From positions 744,001 through 808,000 of the forward strand of contig NEEC01000002.1 of the NCBI GenBank assembly GCA_002189035.1: a DNA stretch of 64,000 nucleotides, given 5' to 3'. The stretch comes from Utricularia gibba. Taxonomy: Eukaryota; Plantae; Magnoliophyta. A program made the position numbers and the translations under genes. The notes under the pieces were generated by a model. That model was given only the letters and a program-made list of their open reading frames with translations, had not been told where the DNA came from and did no database searches. Below are positions 43,671 through 56,170 of this stretch, piece by piece; positions within the stretch are counted from its first letter, which is position 1; every line of letters starts with the position of its first letter.

Positions 43671-43928
43671 ACTGCATCTTTTTCAACCTTCACACGAGCG
43701 GTTGAATTTGCAAGATTCGTATTCCTATTTGAAGCTGGTTCTTTTGATTGTTGCATGTTCAGTGAGATCACTTGCCACCTGATACATTGACTGCATAAAG
43801 CACACTTGCAGGGGGACACAAAATGCTCCCCAAAACACCTCCTTGTTGCAGGAGGCATTTGGAAATATGCAAAACATCAGCATGTTTCCGGAGAGACGCT
43901 GCATGAGTCCTAGTGGATGAAACTAGAC

Positions 43929-46718
43929 TCATGAGGCGAGTGTCATCCGAGGACAACTATCCGGGACACAGTCTATTATGTCTCGGTAGTCTCGGCTGAT
44001 CCTGAATGAATCATATGTCTTCCCATCACTGCTCTTTTTGTACTCAAACAACAGGTTTGAGTGATCAAATGCAGTCAGCTTGACAAACCCATAGTCAAAA
44101 TCTCTGTAGATGCTCCAGCTTGGTTTCTGAGGCAGGAATGGCGTGAGGCTAGCTCCACCGCCCCCAACAACAACATGAATCGTCCCATTCAAGCTGCCCA
44201 GGTACCTGTTCTTCTCGTTGTTTGTGCATATATTCTGCGGCAAAGCGGTGCACCCTTCTGAATCCAAGAAAAGTGAGATGGAACTAGAGGGAGCCGGTGA
44301 TGAGGGACAGGTTACCTGGTAAATCGGACAAGTCCTTTCGTAGGAGTGAACATGACCAAACAAAGCAATGTCGACTCTATACTTCTGCCAGAGTTTTTGC
44401 AGTTCTCTACCCATTGGCTCCCCGAATGATCCTTGAAGTGCATAGAAGTCAGCAGAAGAATACCCCAATACCCGATGCGCGAGGAAGATGAGCCAAGGCT
44501 GTTTCTGCCTGTCGACAGATGCGAGACAGTGCTCGATGAATTCATATTGCTCAGTTCCTTCTCTCCAGTCATGCTCCGAATCCGCGATACAGAAACGAAA
44601 CATGCCATAGTCAGTGGCATACCTGCAAACAGAAGCAACTCATTCAGAATGATCATGCAGATGAACCATGTCAATGTACAACAGTTGGGGGCTTCAGCAA
44701 TGATAAACCAGAATCAGTGTACCAGAATTTTGCCCTGTTTTCAGCAGGGGTGAAGAACAACGTTTCTGCTGGAACTCCACATTCTCCACCGGAGTCATTA
44801 TTCTCATAGAAGGAGCCAGTACCAGGCCAGTCACGCTCATGGTTGCCACTACAAAGCAAACTCAGATTAACTAACCAGAAGAAGGTGAAGCAGACTACAA
44901 AGGCTTCCTGCTTGAACCTGCAAGATAGATACCTTGCAATCATGTATGGAACTCTAGAAGCGATCGGCTCGACTTGTGCTGTGAACTGATCCCACTGTGA
45001 AAGATAACCATTTGCATAACAGATATCTCCGATGTGGAAGACGATATCATAACTCCCCAAGCTGTCAATAAGCTGCTTGGTAGTGTTGAGGGCACCTCTT
45101 TGAAAATTGTTGTACTCGTTTGAACCATCATACTCATCCTGCAGTTGAAATGAACAATCTTAGCATCCGATACGACAACTCTTTCGAAAAAATTGAGCTC
45201 CAACCCAATGCAAATGGAGTTCCAAGCACAACCAGTAAAGGCTAAAAACCACACTGTAAAAGGAACGTCACCTTCCCCATATCACCAAAAATGATGACAC
45301 GCTGCAATGAGTCTTGACCGGGATATGGCGAAGCTTTGAAATGGTATATATCACTCAGGATGTCAGTGCCATTAGCCAACTTATGGCCAACTTTGTAAGT
45401 GTACCTGATGAATCATGAAGCATATTAGAGATGGTATGAAAGGATGATCTAATTGCCATGTACAGGATAAATCATACACTCTATTAGGCCATAGTTCCTT
45501 CAAAAATCCGGTATGGATGAATCCGGGATCTCGCCATCCGACTGTTCTCGCAGGTGCTCCTGTAAATGGAGACAAAACTTCAGATGCACATTCTGGAATT
45601 TATCTTGCTTCAAGTGAAAAGAGAAGGCAGGCGTACCACACATGGAATTGCGGTCGAATGTAAGAGTAGCAGCATAAGAACGCTTCTGCTCTCCACCCTT
45701 CAGGCCCCACTCAACGAAGGGCTCTGCTTCGTTGATGTCATATCCACTGGTCCATGTTACAGTCATCTGATCATATATTCAAGTTTGAGATGCTCAAGTT
45801 TCTCAATGATGAGGTGCTGTGTAGTGGAAACTAAATCTCAACCTCATTCCACTCCTTTCCTTGAGCCAGACGAGGATACAGGGGAGCATCCGGATATGCA
45901 AAGGAAACTGAATTTGATATAGCAACCAGTTTTGGCTGCAAAAAAGAAGTTGAAGTCCAGCATCGAACAGCAGGAAATCGAAGTTTAAGGCAATTTTTCG
46001 TATAGCCCACAATACTCACGTTTGATAGACCTCCAGAAAACAGAGCAAAAGAAAAATCTGATCTCTGGTTAATCAACTGAAGTTTTAAAGACCCCTTGCC
46101 TGTGTCTTTATAATTCGGATTGCTGAAATTGGCAAACTGGTACTGCAGAAACATAGAGGTATGCATTAAAGCTAAACTTTATGCAAGAGTGAAAAACTTA
46201 AAACTCAAGCAAAATGGATGCCCACAAAACCTTGATAGGAGCAGTACATAAATATGGTGCTCCAGCTCTTGGATTTTCCGGGAGGCAGACGGATGAACTG
46301 AACAAGGACGTGAATCTAAACCAACTGGGAAAACCTAAGCAGCATAACATCATAGACTTGGTCGTGTAATCACCTGAAGTTGGCCGGAGAAAATACACCA
46401 ATCCAATCATCGATGGAAGGTTTTGAGGTTCCATACTCCAAAGTAACCCATTCATTGTATTCTCCCTGAAGAAAGCACGAGCACGAGCCGGAGATGCAAT
46501 CAGACGGCTATAAAGATGCTGAATTCAGATAAACACGAGACACTTACGTAGGCTCCTAAAATAGATGGAGAAGCATCGATAAACGACCTCTCGTCTAAAG
46601 ATATAACCGTCTTCTCAACAGCAATCCTCGAAAGGGGCTGAACTCCATGTGATTCCACGTCTTTGAACCCAAAAAGCAGACCCAACAGAACCACCAAGAG
46701 GTTCAATCGAACTCTCAT
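43929..46718 (-). CDS. Purple acid phosphatase / nucleotide pyrophosphatase-phosphodiesterase (PAP1/PAP27 type)
   Basis: Signal peptide, then SHGVQPLSRIAV, DDWIGVFSP, VIIFGDMGK, VFHIGDICYANG, SGNHERDWP, WLIFLAHRVLGYSS, FGHVHSYERTC and GFVKLTAFDHSNLLFEYKKSSDG. Confidence 0.95.
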
Positions 46719-47199
46719 GGCGTTAAACCTGAAATTAAAAAAAATACAGGACATATTAGCAGAAAGAAGAATGAACTTAACCCAGTTTCGATCAAATGGG
46801 TACACACAGAAAAACAGTCACAAAAATTGAACTCAAAGGCTCCTCTCTCTAGTGAACACCAATTCAGGAATCTGAGCACGCGATAATTTGGCAGCCGAAA
46901 TTGCGCAAACCCTGCGGAATAACTGATCTTTTTTACCCCCATGACGACAAAAGAAAAGCGTCACCATTAACATACAGAAAAAAACAAAAGCATTCAGAAA
47001 AGGCTCAAGAAGCAAGAAACCACCCTTTCCAACTTCGGTTGGGAATGGATAACGTCACATTCATTACCAGTTCATGATCTACGAGACCCCCAGAAACAGC
47101 GAGTACCATCACCATAAGGCAATGCAACTATATACATACATATATAAGTGCACAACCGGAGCTTGGGCTACAGCCACACGTCATGTTGAAAAGAAACGG

Positions 47200-47207
47200 G
47201 AATATCC
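47200..47207. promoter_or_regulatory. P1BS (PHR1-binding) element GAATATCC, about 480 bp upstream of the PAP ATG
   Basis: Matches GNATATNC. A one-mismatch copy, GAACATTC, lies at 47211-47218. Confidence 0.55.
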
Positions 47208-47580
47208 AGGGAACATTCCAATGACTTTCCGTTAAAAGTTCCAGTACATGTCGTAAATGAGTTTGAAGTTACCAAAAAAAAGTTCACCTTTAACGGCTCT
47301 TCAGTCAAGTCTCGTGCTTGAATTGAGTCAACTCAGGTTGATTGACTAAAAAAGCATTCTTTTTTAATCGGGAATGTTCAGTCTGTCACCATTTCACTTA
47401 AGTGCTACGACAAAAAAAAAACTGCCATGTCATACTCAAACTTCACACTTGATGGAATAAGCACTACTTGTTCACATATTGGACTCTCAAGCAAGGGTAT
47501 ATGAAGACTGTCCAAATGCCATGGTGATGTCTTGAGGTTCGACATTCTGTTCAAGCTGAACATCTTGAAGCGAAGCTCCC

Positions 47581-48672
47581 GAGCGGCCTCAATTAATTTG
47601 AGTTCTAAGTACTGAGAAGTAAGCTTCAACTAGTTCGCCTCCGCTTTCATTGCCCTGGGACAACAGTAATATTAATTAGAATCTCTAGTTTTTAAACGGG
47701 AAACATAAACAGGAGCATCATTAATCAACATAAAGGGTATGTACGAAATGATGGATGGTACCCACATTTTCATGGGAAAGTGGTTCATTATGTCAACTCA
47801 ATTTAACACACGAACTCCAATGATTCAGTACCACGAGAAAAAACATAGCATGTTTACCTAGAGTAAGAAGCATCAACCAATCTCTTGTCCCTGGCCAAAG
47901 ACACTTCATCAGCAATTTGCTCCTGCCTCTGTGCACTTCCTTCTTCCATCATCTTCTGCTCCATTTAGATTTGGCTAAACTGGGCATGTTTTTCAGCTTC
48001 AGTTATTGCAATCATTTTCTCTTGTCTCTGCCTCCTTCTCAGCAACTCTTTGCCTCTCAATAGCAACCAAAACCTATAAAAAATCAGATAATGCTTTCGA
48101 CATTTTGAGGGAGAGTTCGATATGCTCTGATCAAATATGTCCGCCAGAGTAAATTGGAAAGGCGGGTGCACTGATGATCAGTGGTGGAACGTCACCCGGG
48201 TCAGGCAGGTTTCTGGATCTTCCTTATTTTTCTAAGAAAATAAATTAATGGTAGTATTAATTATCTTATTCAAAGAGTTTTTTTGAATTTAAGATATGAC
48301 ATTTGAATCATGTACTGCTCTGGGATGAAGATGCGATGATCTCAAAAATTTAGGCATCTCAATCCCGAGTCAATTCGTTCATGAACAATCAAAATCATCA
48401 AAGAAAATGTAAAACAAGATAGGAATCGAACCTGTCACAAATTAATTGGCAAAAGAAATCTATGCCTGAACCAGCCGAACATCAAGATCGAGAATAACAA
48501 ATGAAACAAGTCGTCAAGATGCTCGGAGAATATTTTTACCATAATAGCGATAGACGCGAAGATCACCACAACGGCGACACAGAAGAGAGATTCCAGTACC
48601 CTTCCCGGTGGTGGATTCCTCTCCGGCTGCCGTGGGGGCCGCGCTCCTCGTCTCCCCTTCGAGGAGCTCCAT
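47581..48672 (-). pseudogene. Erlin (SPFH/band 7) pseudogene with internal deletions
   Basis: Exon 1 relic ...RPPRQP...LFCVAVVVIFASIAIM|gt (frameshifted from ATG 48672). SPFH scrap HH...DIFDQ (48127-48189). Exon VLVAIERQRVAEKEAET/MIAITEAEKHAQFSQI*MEQK with TAA at 47965-47967. Exon AMKAEAN*LKLTSQYLELKLIEA with TAG at 47630-47632. Introns are retained. Confidence 0.85.
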
Positions 48673-49232
48673 CTCTCAGCTACAAACCGACTACTCCGGA
48701 GTCCAGTGTAATACTCTCCCTCTTACATTCGTACCCAAAGCCGGGGTCCCACCGCAGTATAAGGTATTATTATATAAAATACAAACAAATTACGATCAAA
48801 CCGGCCGGCCGGCCACATCGTACGGACCGTTGCCATCAACCGATTTCGTTGCATGTACCAAAAAGAGAAAATTAATAAAGAAATAAACAGTTCTACAATG
48901 TGTTTTCCGTATAAATGGCCTACTCAAGAGCAGGAGCTAACAAACAACACTTGCAGAAGAGAATCAACGAAAAGAATGAACTAACCAAAAGCTAAGAAAC
49001 TTTCTTTACCTTTGAACTGTGCTACTGAAGCAACAAGAACCCTATTCCGCAACTGCCAAAATTTTCCCTGACTTCATTCAGTCATCTCCCTCCAAGAAAA
49101 ATGGTCTGGGCGTTGCATGTTTGCGCTCTGGTTACCATGGACTGTTGGTATTGATATCGTGGAAAAGAGCAGCAGCAGAAGGATAGCAGAAAAAGGAGTG
49201 TGGTGCGGGTGGGAAGCTGGAAATGAGAGGGA

Positions 49233-51926
49233 TCATTTTTTCAGGAATGGTTTTTGGCATACAAGCAGACGCTTGTCACTGCCGTTGTGAACGTCAATCA
49301 TTCGAGCTTCCCACCGGAGCTTTGTAACAAAGGAGCGTGTCTTCTCAATGAGACCAGCCTTATCTGAGATGATAACCCACCCCTGCAATGGGCAACGGCC
49401 GGGCATCAAAAATGAAAGTAGATCATGAATATACGATCCACTTCTTAGAATTACCTCAGGACGAAGTATACGATCCATTTCGAAGATCAAGTCAATGATA
49501 CCACATTTCCTAGAAGCAATGTGTGATAGAAGTCCCTCAGCATGAAGCATGTCGTATGTCCGTGGGTATGTAGGAAAAGGTTCGCACCTGTGAAAGCAAA
49601 AACGGCTTCAGCAATTCCAGAGACGCAAATGAAGCCATCAATGATTGAAAGGCTCAAGAAACATCATCACTAAGCATACTCCTAATAACTGGAGATGGCT
49701 TATGTCACGTTGGCATAAGTGAGTTCTAGTCACGGATGGAGAATCGAAATCCTGAAAAGGAATTATCTGGAGCAAGGGAAGAAACAGGGGATGTAGTTGA
49801 TTACCAGTCATGCAAGACACCTGCAAATCCTTGATCAAGAATGATTGGGAGAGTATCGCTTTTACCGAGAGGCACAACATTCATCACCCACACAGACTTC
49901 CTGGTTTCCAATAAGGCAGTATTTAGGGAACCATAACGAGCATTCATGTCCATAACATTCCGAACCATATTGTATGGTGGCACGGGATCTTCATCCCCAG
50001 GCCTTTTTGGATGGTCAGAAAAGATCAATGGAGAAAGCAATGACCAATAATTCTTTAACGCAGCTCTGTGAAGCTCCAAATCCTCAGCAAAATCTTCAGA
50101 ATTGATTCCTAAATTAAACCATAAGACAGTAAATAGTGCTTCACGGCAGTCACCAAAAATAAACACGTTATGTACCATGAACGGCAAGCTGGGCAGGAAT
50201 TGTAGAATATGTTGAACTGTTCTGCATGGGGATCCAACGCTTACTGTTAGTTGAACCGATGCATTGCCCTAATGGCTTATAGTAAGATTGGCCTGCCTCT
50301 CCCTCGCATATGGGATACGTCTGTTTACTGTGATATGGACAGGGAAAGATTAAATCAACCAGAAAATAGTAAATCAGTACACCCTGAGGTCATTTGCACA
50401 TGCAATATGGATGGCAGAATTAATCCAGCTCACCCAGAAGTGAAACATTGTGCATCAGTTGCTTTCTTCCAGATGAAAGTCTCCTCTCGCTGTGACACGT
50501 GATTCCAGCAAAGTTTTTTGGTGAACTCTTCAAAGGGGCTTGAAATGCTGCCTTTGCTCACTTGCTCTTTGCCAGGTGAAGTTAAAACAAAGTATCCTCC
50601 AGGCTTGAGAATTCTGTCGACTTCGATGAGCAACACTCCATCTGAGAGAGAAGGATTTTAAGTTTTGCTGATGACAAAGTAACTTGTGTTGTAATTTCCT
50701 AGCACATGCACTAATAAAGGTCTCGAAGGCAAATTATGAATGGATTCGTTTCTTTATGCATGCAATAAATTAGACTGCACAAATCAGCATTACTGAAAGC
50801 AACAGAACATACCCCTGTCATTCCATGAAATGCCACACCGAGCACAGTGAACCATGTCATATGATAATGAAGGGAGGGGCAGTTGTGTTGAGGTAAAGTC
50901 CCCAATAAATGCTGGTAGACCTCTCTCAAGTGCAACCTGAACTTGGCTACCAGTTAACTCATAGGATGCCATACAAACGGCCATCAACTTCAGCGAAAGC
51001 AGATGAGCGCCAAAACTACCAAAACCACATCCAATATCCAATACATTTCGCACCTATGATTAAAAAGAATGATAAAAGTCAACTTTTTCCTCTGAAAGCT
51101 GATCTGATGAAAAGTGAAATGAAAGTTTTGTATGGCATCAGAAAGCTTACGCCAGCCGCATGAAAGTCAGCATCGCTAGCCAGTCCTATCATGTCAGCTA
51201 TCTGGTTAGAATAATCTTTAACGCTATCGGCAATCGTCTCATCTTCTGAGCTGAAAGAAATTTGATTCTCTTCCAACAACATTAGCCTACAAAGTTTTAG
51301 GGTACAAAGAGATGGAGTCAAAACACGCAATCATCATTTTCTCTCAGTGTTGCACAAACGAATGCATACTCAAACTTAAAACTTTATTGCTGGAAATGCA
51401 AAACTGAAGTTTCAGGGAAATACCGCTTCGTCATGCTTCCAGAAGAAAGGAATTGATCTTTGCTAAGTTTTACATTTGCACTCCATATAACATCTCTCCC
51501 GCTCGGCCAACTTAAAGGAATCTTGTAGTCCTTAGGTGGACGAACCAAACAGAATTGGTGGTCTTTGGACACTTCACAATGACGACCCAATTCCTCACCA
51601 TCTTTAAAACCAGCCATCATATTAGCGGATACATTGTAGCAAGGAACATGATTCTCTTTTTCCTTGCCACAAAGATCAAAAACCTTACTGTGAGTGGGTT
51701 CAAAATGTCTCAATTCCAAATAATCTGCCACGACTTGGTTTCTCACAGAAACATGGTTAGGATAAACGTCAAGCACCGCGGATTCATCGCCCGAATCAAA
51801 CGAATCGGAGTAAGATCCCGACAGCAAAATGAAAACCAGAAAAGTAACTAAACAAAAAATGAACCAATTTAGCGGCGGTCTACGACCAAGGTAAAACGAT
51901 GCTCTTTTCTGCCAATAGCTTCTCAT
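49233..51926 (-). CDS. PMT5: Probable pectin methyltransferase QUA2-like (QUL/PMT4-5)
   Basis: N-terminal TM segment, LCGKEKENHVPCYNVS, CLVRPPKDYKIPLSWPSGRDVIWSANV, VLDIGCGFGSFGAHL, DRILKPGGYF, VRNVMDMNARYG, YPRTYDMLHA and EMDRILRPEGW. Confidence 0.95.
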
Positions 51927-53912
51927 ATCAAATTTTCTCTTGGTACCCCTCTTCAGAATACGCACAAGTACTTCACAGCATTAAAGAATCACCAACATCA
52001 ATTCACAGACATGTGCAGTCTGGCAGAAATTCCCAACCACCCGCAACAAGCGCCCGGATAAACCGAACCGCCCGCATTTTCAGCGCCGAAAAAAATCAGC
52101 AAGTCGGCCAAATTTAACTGAAAAATTACCCAAAACATCAAACTCAGACGTTTACACTTTTGGCATCATCCGTAACAAATACGGAAACGCAGATCAATAT
52201 AAACAAATCTCTCAGCAACAGCGCCAAAACCCGAAAAAAGGATAAGTACTTCAATCAAACCACCAATCAACGCCTCCCAGATCCAACCATACCTGCATTC
52301 CATTCCATCAACAATGTAACTATAAAAGAAACAAAAAAAAAGACGAAATGCAAGAACAAATCGCGAATAAGACAGAATAAGAAACACGCAAAAAGCCATC
52401 CGGATCTCAAATTCAAATCGGATCGGATCCACTGATAATAACATGAAGCGAGATCAGCGGTATCAGATTACCATCAATCAAATGTGGAGTAACTGCGGTT
52501 TTACAAGTCAGCAGCTGCGATCTTGTTCTGGTTCCGCCATTGATATCCAGAGAGAGACAGATGTTACCAGACGGCTCCCAGAGAGAGAGAAAGAGAGTGG
52601 TGACGAAGAATAACAAAAAATCAATAATAATAGATTTTTCCTACGTAGAAAGGGAAGGGGAATTATTTCCGTTTGCCGGAGCCGTTGACGCAATCATTTG
52701 AAAGAAGGCAGGAGGTCTCATCATCCATTCGTTGGCAACTCCAAATCCTCACCAAATTACCAATTTACCCTCGCCCCTCCCATACAATTAATTCTAGGGC
52801 AAAGTTATTAAGGTGTCATTAATGCTAATTATAGAAACTAGCACTAGACTCAATTAAAACATGCAGTTAATGTTTGTGAAAATAATGGCAACGACATCCA
52901 ATACGTTGACTTTGGGATTTTTTACCTTGAATTGAACTCCAATGAGCAACCAGCTGTGATGATGCCATTCCATTCTTGGATGGCTCTGGTTATGATCCAG
53001 TTCAAAAGCTGATTCACTTTACACTATTCCATCTCACGACTGGGAGTCAAAATCGAGAAGGGCTTCAATAAGACAGACTGCAGCACCCCCGAAAAACAGT
53101 TTCGACATTTTGTCGAACACCTGGTGGACGCGGCGACTAACTATAGCAGCTCAAAGAAGGAAGGAAGCATGAAAAGCCCCTCACCTTAACGAAGACTCGT
53201 AATCTCCATATTCCCGATCGCCTCCCGGAGTTCGCCCACGCCGCGCGAGGACCGATGGTCCCCCACCGACTCTGGACCCATTTCGCCTTCCTGCAAGGAA
53301 GGTCTACGGCCCAAATCTCCTTAAAAGGATACAACTCAATGACTTAGCCCAGCCCAGCCAATTGAAGGTGGTCAACCACATTTTCCCAATTTATTATTTT
53401 CTAATTTTAAATTTCTTATGTATTTATTAATAAATAAATAAATGACGCAAATCAAAATCCACAAACCCTCTTTTTTTATTTTAAATTATTTTTAAATAAA
53501 TTAATACTTATATAATTATATAAAATAAATATCACTCAAATTTTATAAATATCTAATTATCTTATTTTAAAAAACAAAAAAAGAAAAAAAATAATGTTTA
53601 CGTGGGGCTAGTTTGTTCAAGCCCATCATTAGCGACCCATCTCTTGGGAAGTTTGATTCTTTTCCAAAACATTTATAATTTTCTTCGCATCTTCCCATTT
53701 GAGTCTTGGATCAGTTACTTCTTAGGATTGGAATGTTTACTTGTCAGTTCCTCCGCCTTCCTGAGCAGGGAATCTCATAAATATGGAATTCCAAGAGGTT
53801 GCAAGTCTTCTTTTTACTCGACCCAACATCTTCCTCTCTGCTGCTGTCTTCTGTTTGTTGGCGTTGTTTATAGCATCTGGGGTTTGTTCAACTGATCTGG
53901 TCAAGTATTGAG

Positions 53913-54923
53913 ATGGAGGAGAAGGGCAGGTTATCAGAAGGGAGATTTGATGCAGGCAGCAACATTGAAGTTTCAGAGCAGGAAAAAGATGAAATCAGTT
54001 TGAGTGGCTATGGTTTGAGAGAGAACCCGAGGAGAACATGGAGATCTGTTGACTCGAGGCTGTGTTTGTCTCAAGGGAAGCATGTTTGCAGGCAATGTGG
54101 AAAAGGGTTTCAGTCGCTCAAAGCTCTTTGTGGGCACATGGCTTGCCACTCAGAGAAGCATAGAGATGATGCTTCTTGGATTAGTGAGAATTGTTTTGCA
54201 GGAGGTGAAGGTGATCATCAGAGGAGATTGGGAAGAAGACCATCATCCAAGCGTAAGAAATCTCTAGAAAATCTGCCCTTTTTGGAGATCGATTTACAGG
54301 AGCAGCAAGAGGTAGCAATATGTTTGATGCTTTTGTCTGGAAGTAAGGGAGGTGTTCAATCAGTCGAGTCGTCGGGCAACAACTCAACCAAATCTTCATC
54401 AGTGAGCAAACAGGTGAAAAGCAGCGGTAACTTTTCTGACCCTGATTCAGCATACTTCTTGGATGAAAGTTCAGATGAGGACTACAGAGATGAAGTTGCC
54501 AAAAACGGTGCAAAGACAGTGAAGACAGAGGAGAAAAGATGTAGCTACGAATGTTTCAACTGCAAAAAGATGTTCAGTTCATATCAAGCTTTAGGGGGTC
54601 ACAAGCCTTGCAGCAGAAGAACGAATGATGCCCATCAATCATGCGAAAACAGTATAGAAGAAGAAGATGCTGAAACCAGCAGAAAAAAGGTCAGCGCCAA
54701 GCTTGAGAAGAAGAGCCAAGACCATGCCTGTGAATTCTGCAGCCGAGTTTTCAAGAACGGGCAGGCTCTAGGTGGGCACAAGAGGTCACATTTCATCATC
54801 TCATACGACCGATCAAACAGCACAACAACCCCATTGATGAAAACCACTTTACTGGATCTCAATCTCCCTGCGCCTGAGTCACTGGAGGATGATCCCAGCC
54901 ACAGCCACATCTTCCCATGGTGA
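53913..54923 (+). CDS. C2H2 zinc-finger protein, ZAT4/ZAT9-like, three fingers plus EAR motif, intronless
   Basis: GYGLRENPRRTWR, CRQCGKGFQSLKALCGHMACH, two QALGGH fingers, EVAICLMLLS and C-terminal LDLNLP. Confidence 0.94.
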   Translation: MEEKGRLSEGRFDAGSNIEVSEQEKDEISLSGYGLRENPRRTWRSVDSRLCLSQGKHVCRQCGKGFQSLKALCGHMACHSEKHRDDASWISENCFAGGEGDHQRRLGRRPSSKRKKSLENLPFLEIDLQEQQEVAICLMLLSGSKGGVQSVESSGNNSTKSSSVSKQVKSSGNFSDPDSAYFLDESSDEDYRDEVAKNGAKTVKTEEKRCSYECFNCKKMFSSYQALGGHKPCSRRTNDAHQSCENSIEEEDAETSRKKVSAKLEKKSQDHACEFCSRVFKNGQALGGHKRSHFIISYDRSNSTTTPLMKTTLLDLNLPAPESLEDDPSHSHIFPW

Positions 54924-55327
54924 AAAATCCATCAAGTTCCCTTTGCTGCTAAGGTAGACAGACTCATCGGCTTGCTGAAGTCAGCAGCACGGCAAGAATA
55001 CAAAGATGGCTGGCTCCTGATACACGCAAGCAAGCAAGCAAGCAGCCCCACTTGACTCACCATGGCACCGCATCATCACCTTGTAATAAAAGCCCCCCAA
55101 AGCTGTGAAACGTAGGTAGGTTCACACCACCTATTCCTGATTGTTGCTCTACCAGTTTGTTGTGAATGGGAGTTGATTTTACCGCAGGAGGAGGGTGTAA
55201 AAAAGTGCAACTTGGGCATGTTTTAAAGGCTAGCCTGCTTGCCTTTTGACTTGGGGGGGAATATTTAAACCACATTAGTGTTGTCTTCAATGGCCGGCCA
55301 CACTCCCACCATAAGTCACGTGTACCT

Positions 55328-55378
55328 TTATTTTATTTTATTTTATTTTATTTATTTATTTATTTATTTATTTATTTT
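55328..55378. repeat. (TTTTA)n/(TTTA)n simple repeat
   Basis: Direct reading. Confidence 0.85.
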
Positions 55379-56170
55379 GCGTCATACATCATTTTCACCC
55401 TGCTTTCAAACATTTTCGCAGACTGTATTTTAAATGATTGTTATTCAAATCATGATTTAGCTATTAAAAAATAAATAAAATTATATTCTAAAGGAGTGTT
55501 CTTAAAAAAATTTTAATATTATTTTAATTTTGGAAAAGTAAAAAGTAAAAACAGAAATTTTTTTAAGAAATAGAAACATAAATGACGTATTCCGAAAAAA
55601 TTAAAGAAACAAAAATGTTTTTAAGAATTTGATAACAAATATAAATGGCATGTTTTAATTTATTTTTAATTTCACTCAAAAATTATTTTTTTCAAAAACA
55701 GAAATAAAAATAAGAAGATTTTTGTGCAAAATTATTTTCAGTAAAAACATAACTAAAAACAACATCCAAAAATTATCTACAACACAACTTAAATCCAATT
55801 GTATAATTTTATATTAATGAAACAAAGTACTGAAACCATGAACGGCCCAAGAAGATCCATCTTTCCATAATGGGCCGGTGACTGAAGCCCAACTTAAGAA
55901 ATATGGGCCCACTCCAAAGCAAAAATATTTAAAATTGACAATTTATATTAATATATATTTTTTTAATCATATTTATTAAGATATAAAATCATTTTAATAC
56001 ATATTTATAAAATTTATATATCGAATATAATTTTATTTTTAATAAAATAAATATATTAAATACCATCAAATACCTCATAATATGTAGAATATTATTTATA
56101 CTCAAATAATTTAAATTATTCTGAGAAAAAAAAAAAAAAAAAGCTCTCACACGCAGTCTCTTATGCACGA

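Noticed and set aside
48808-48822. USE-like GGCCACATCG
   Set aside because: No TATA at the right spacing and no snRNA-like sequence follows.
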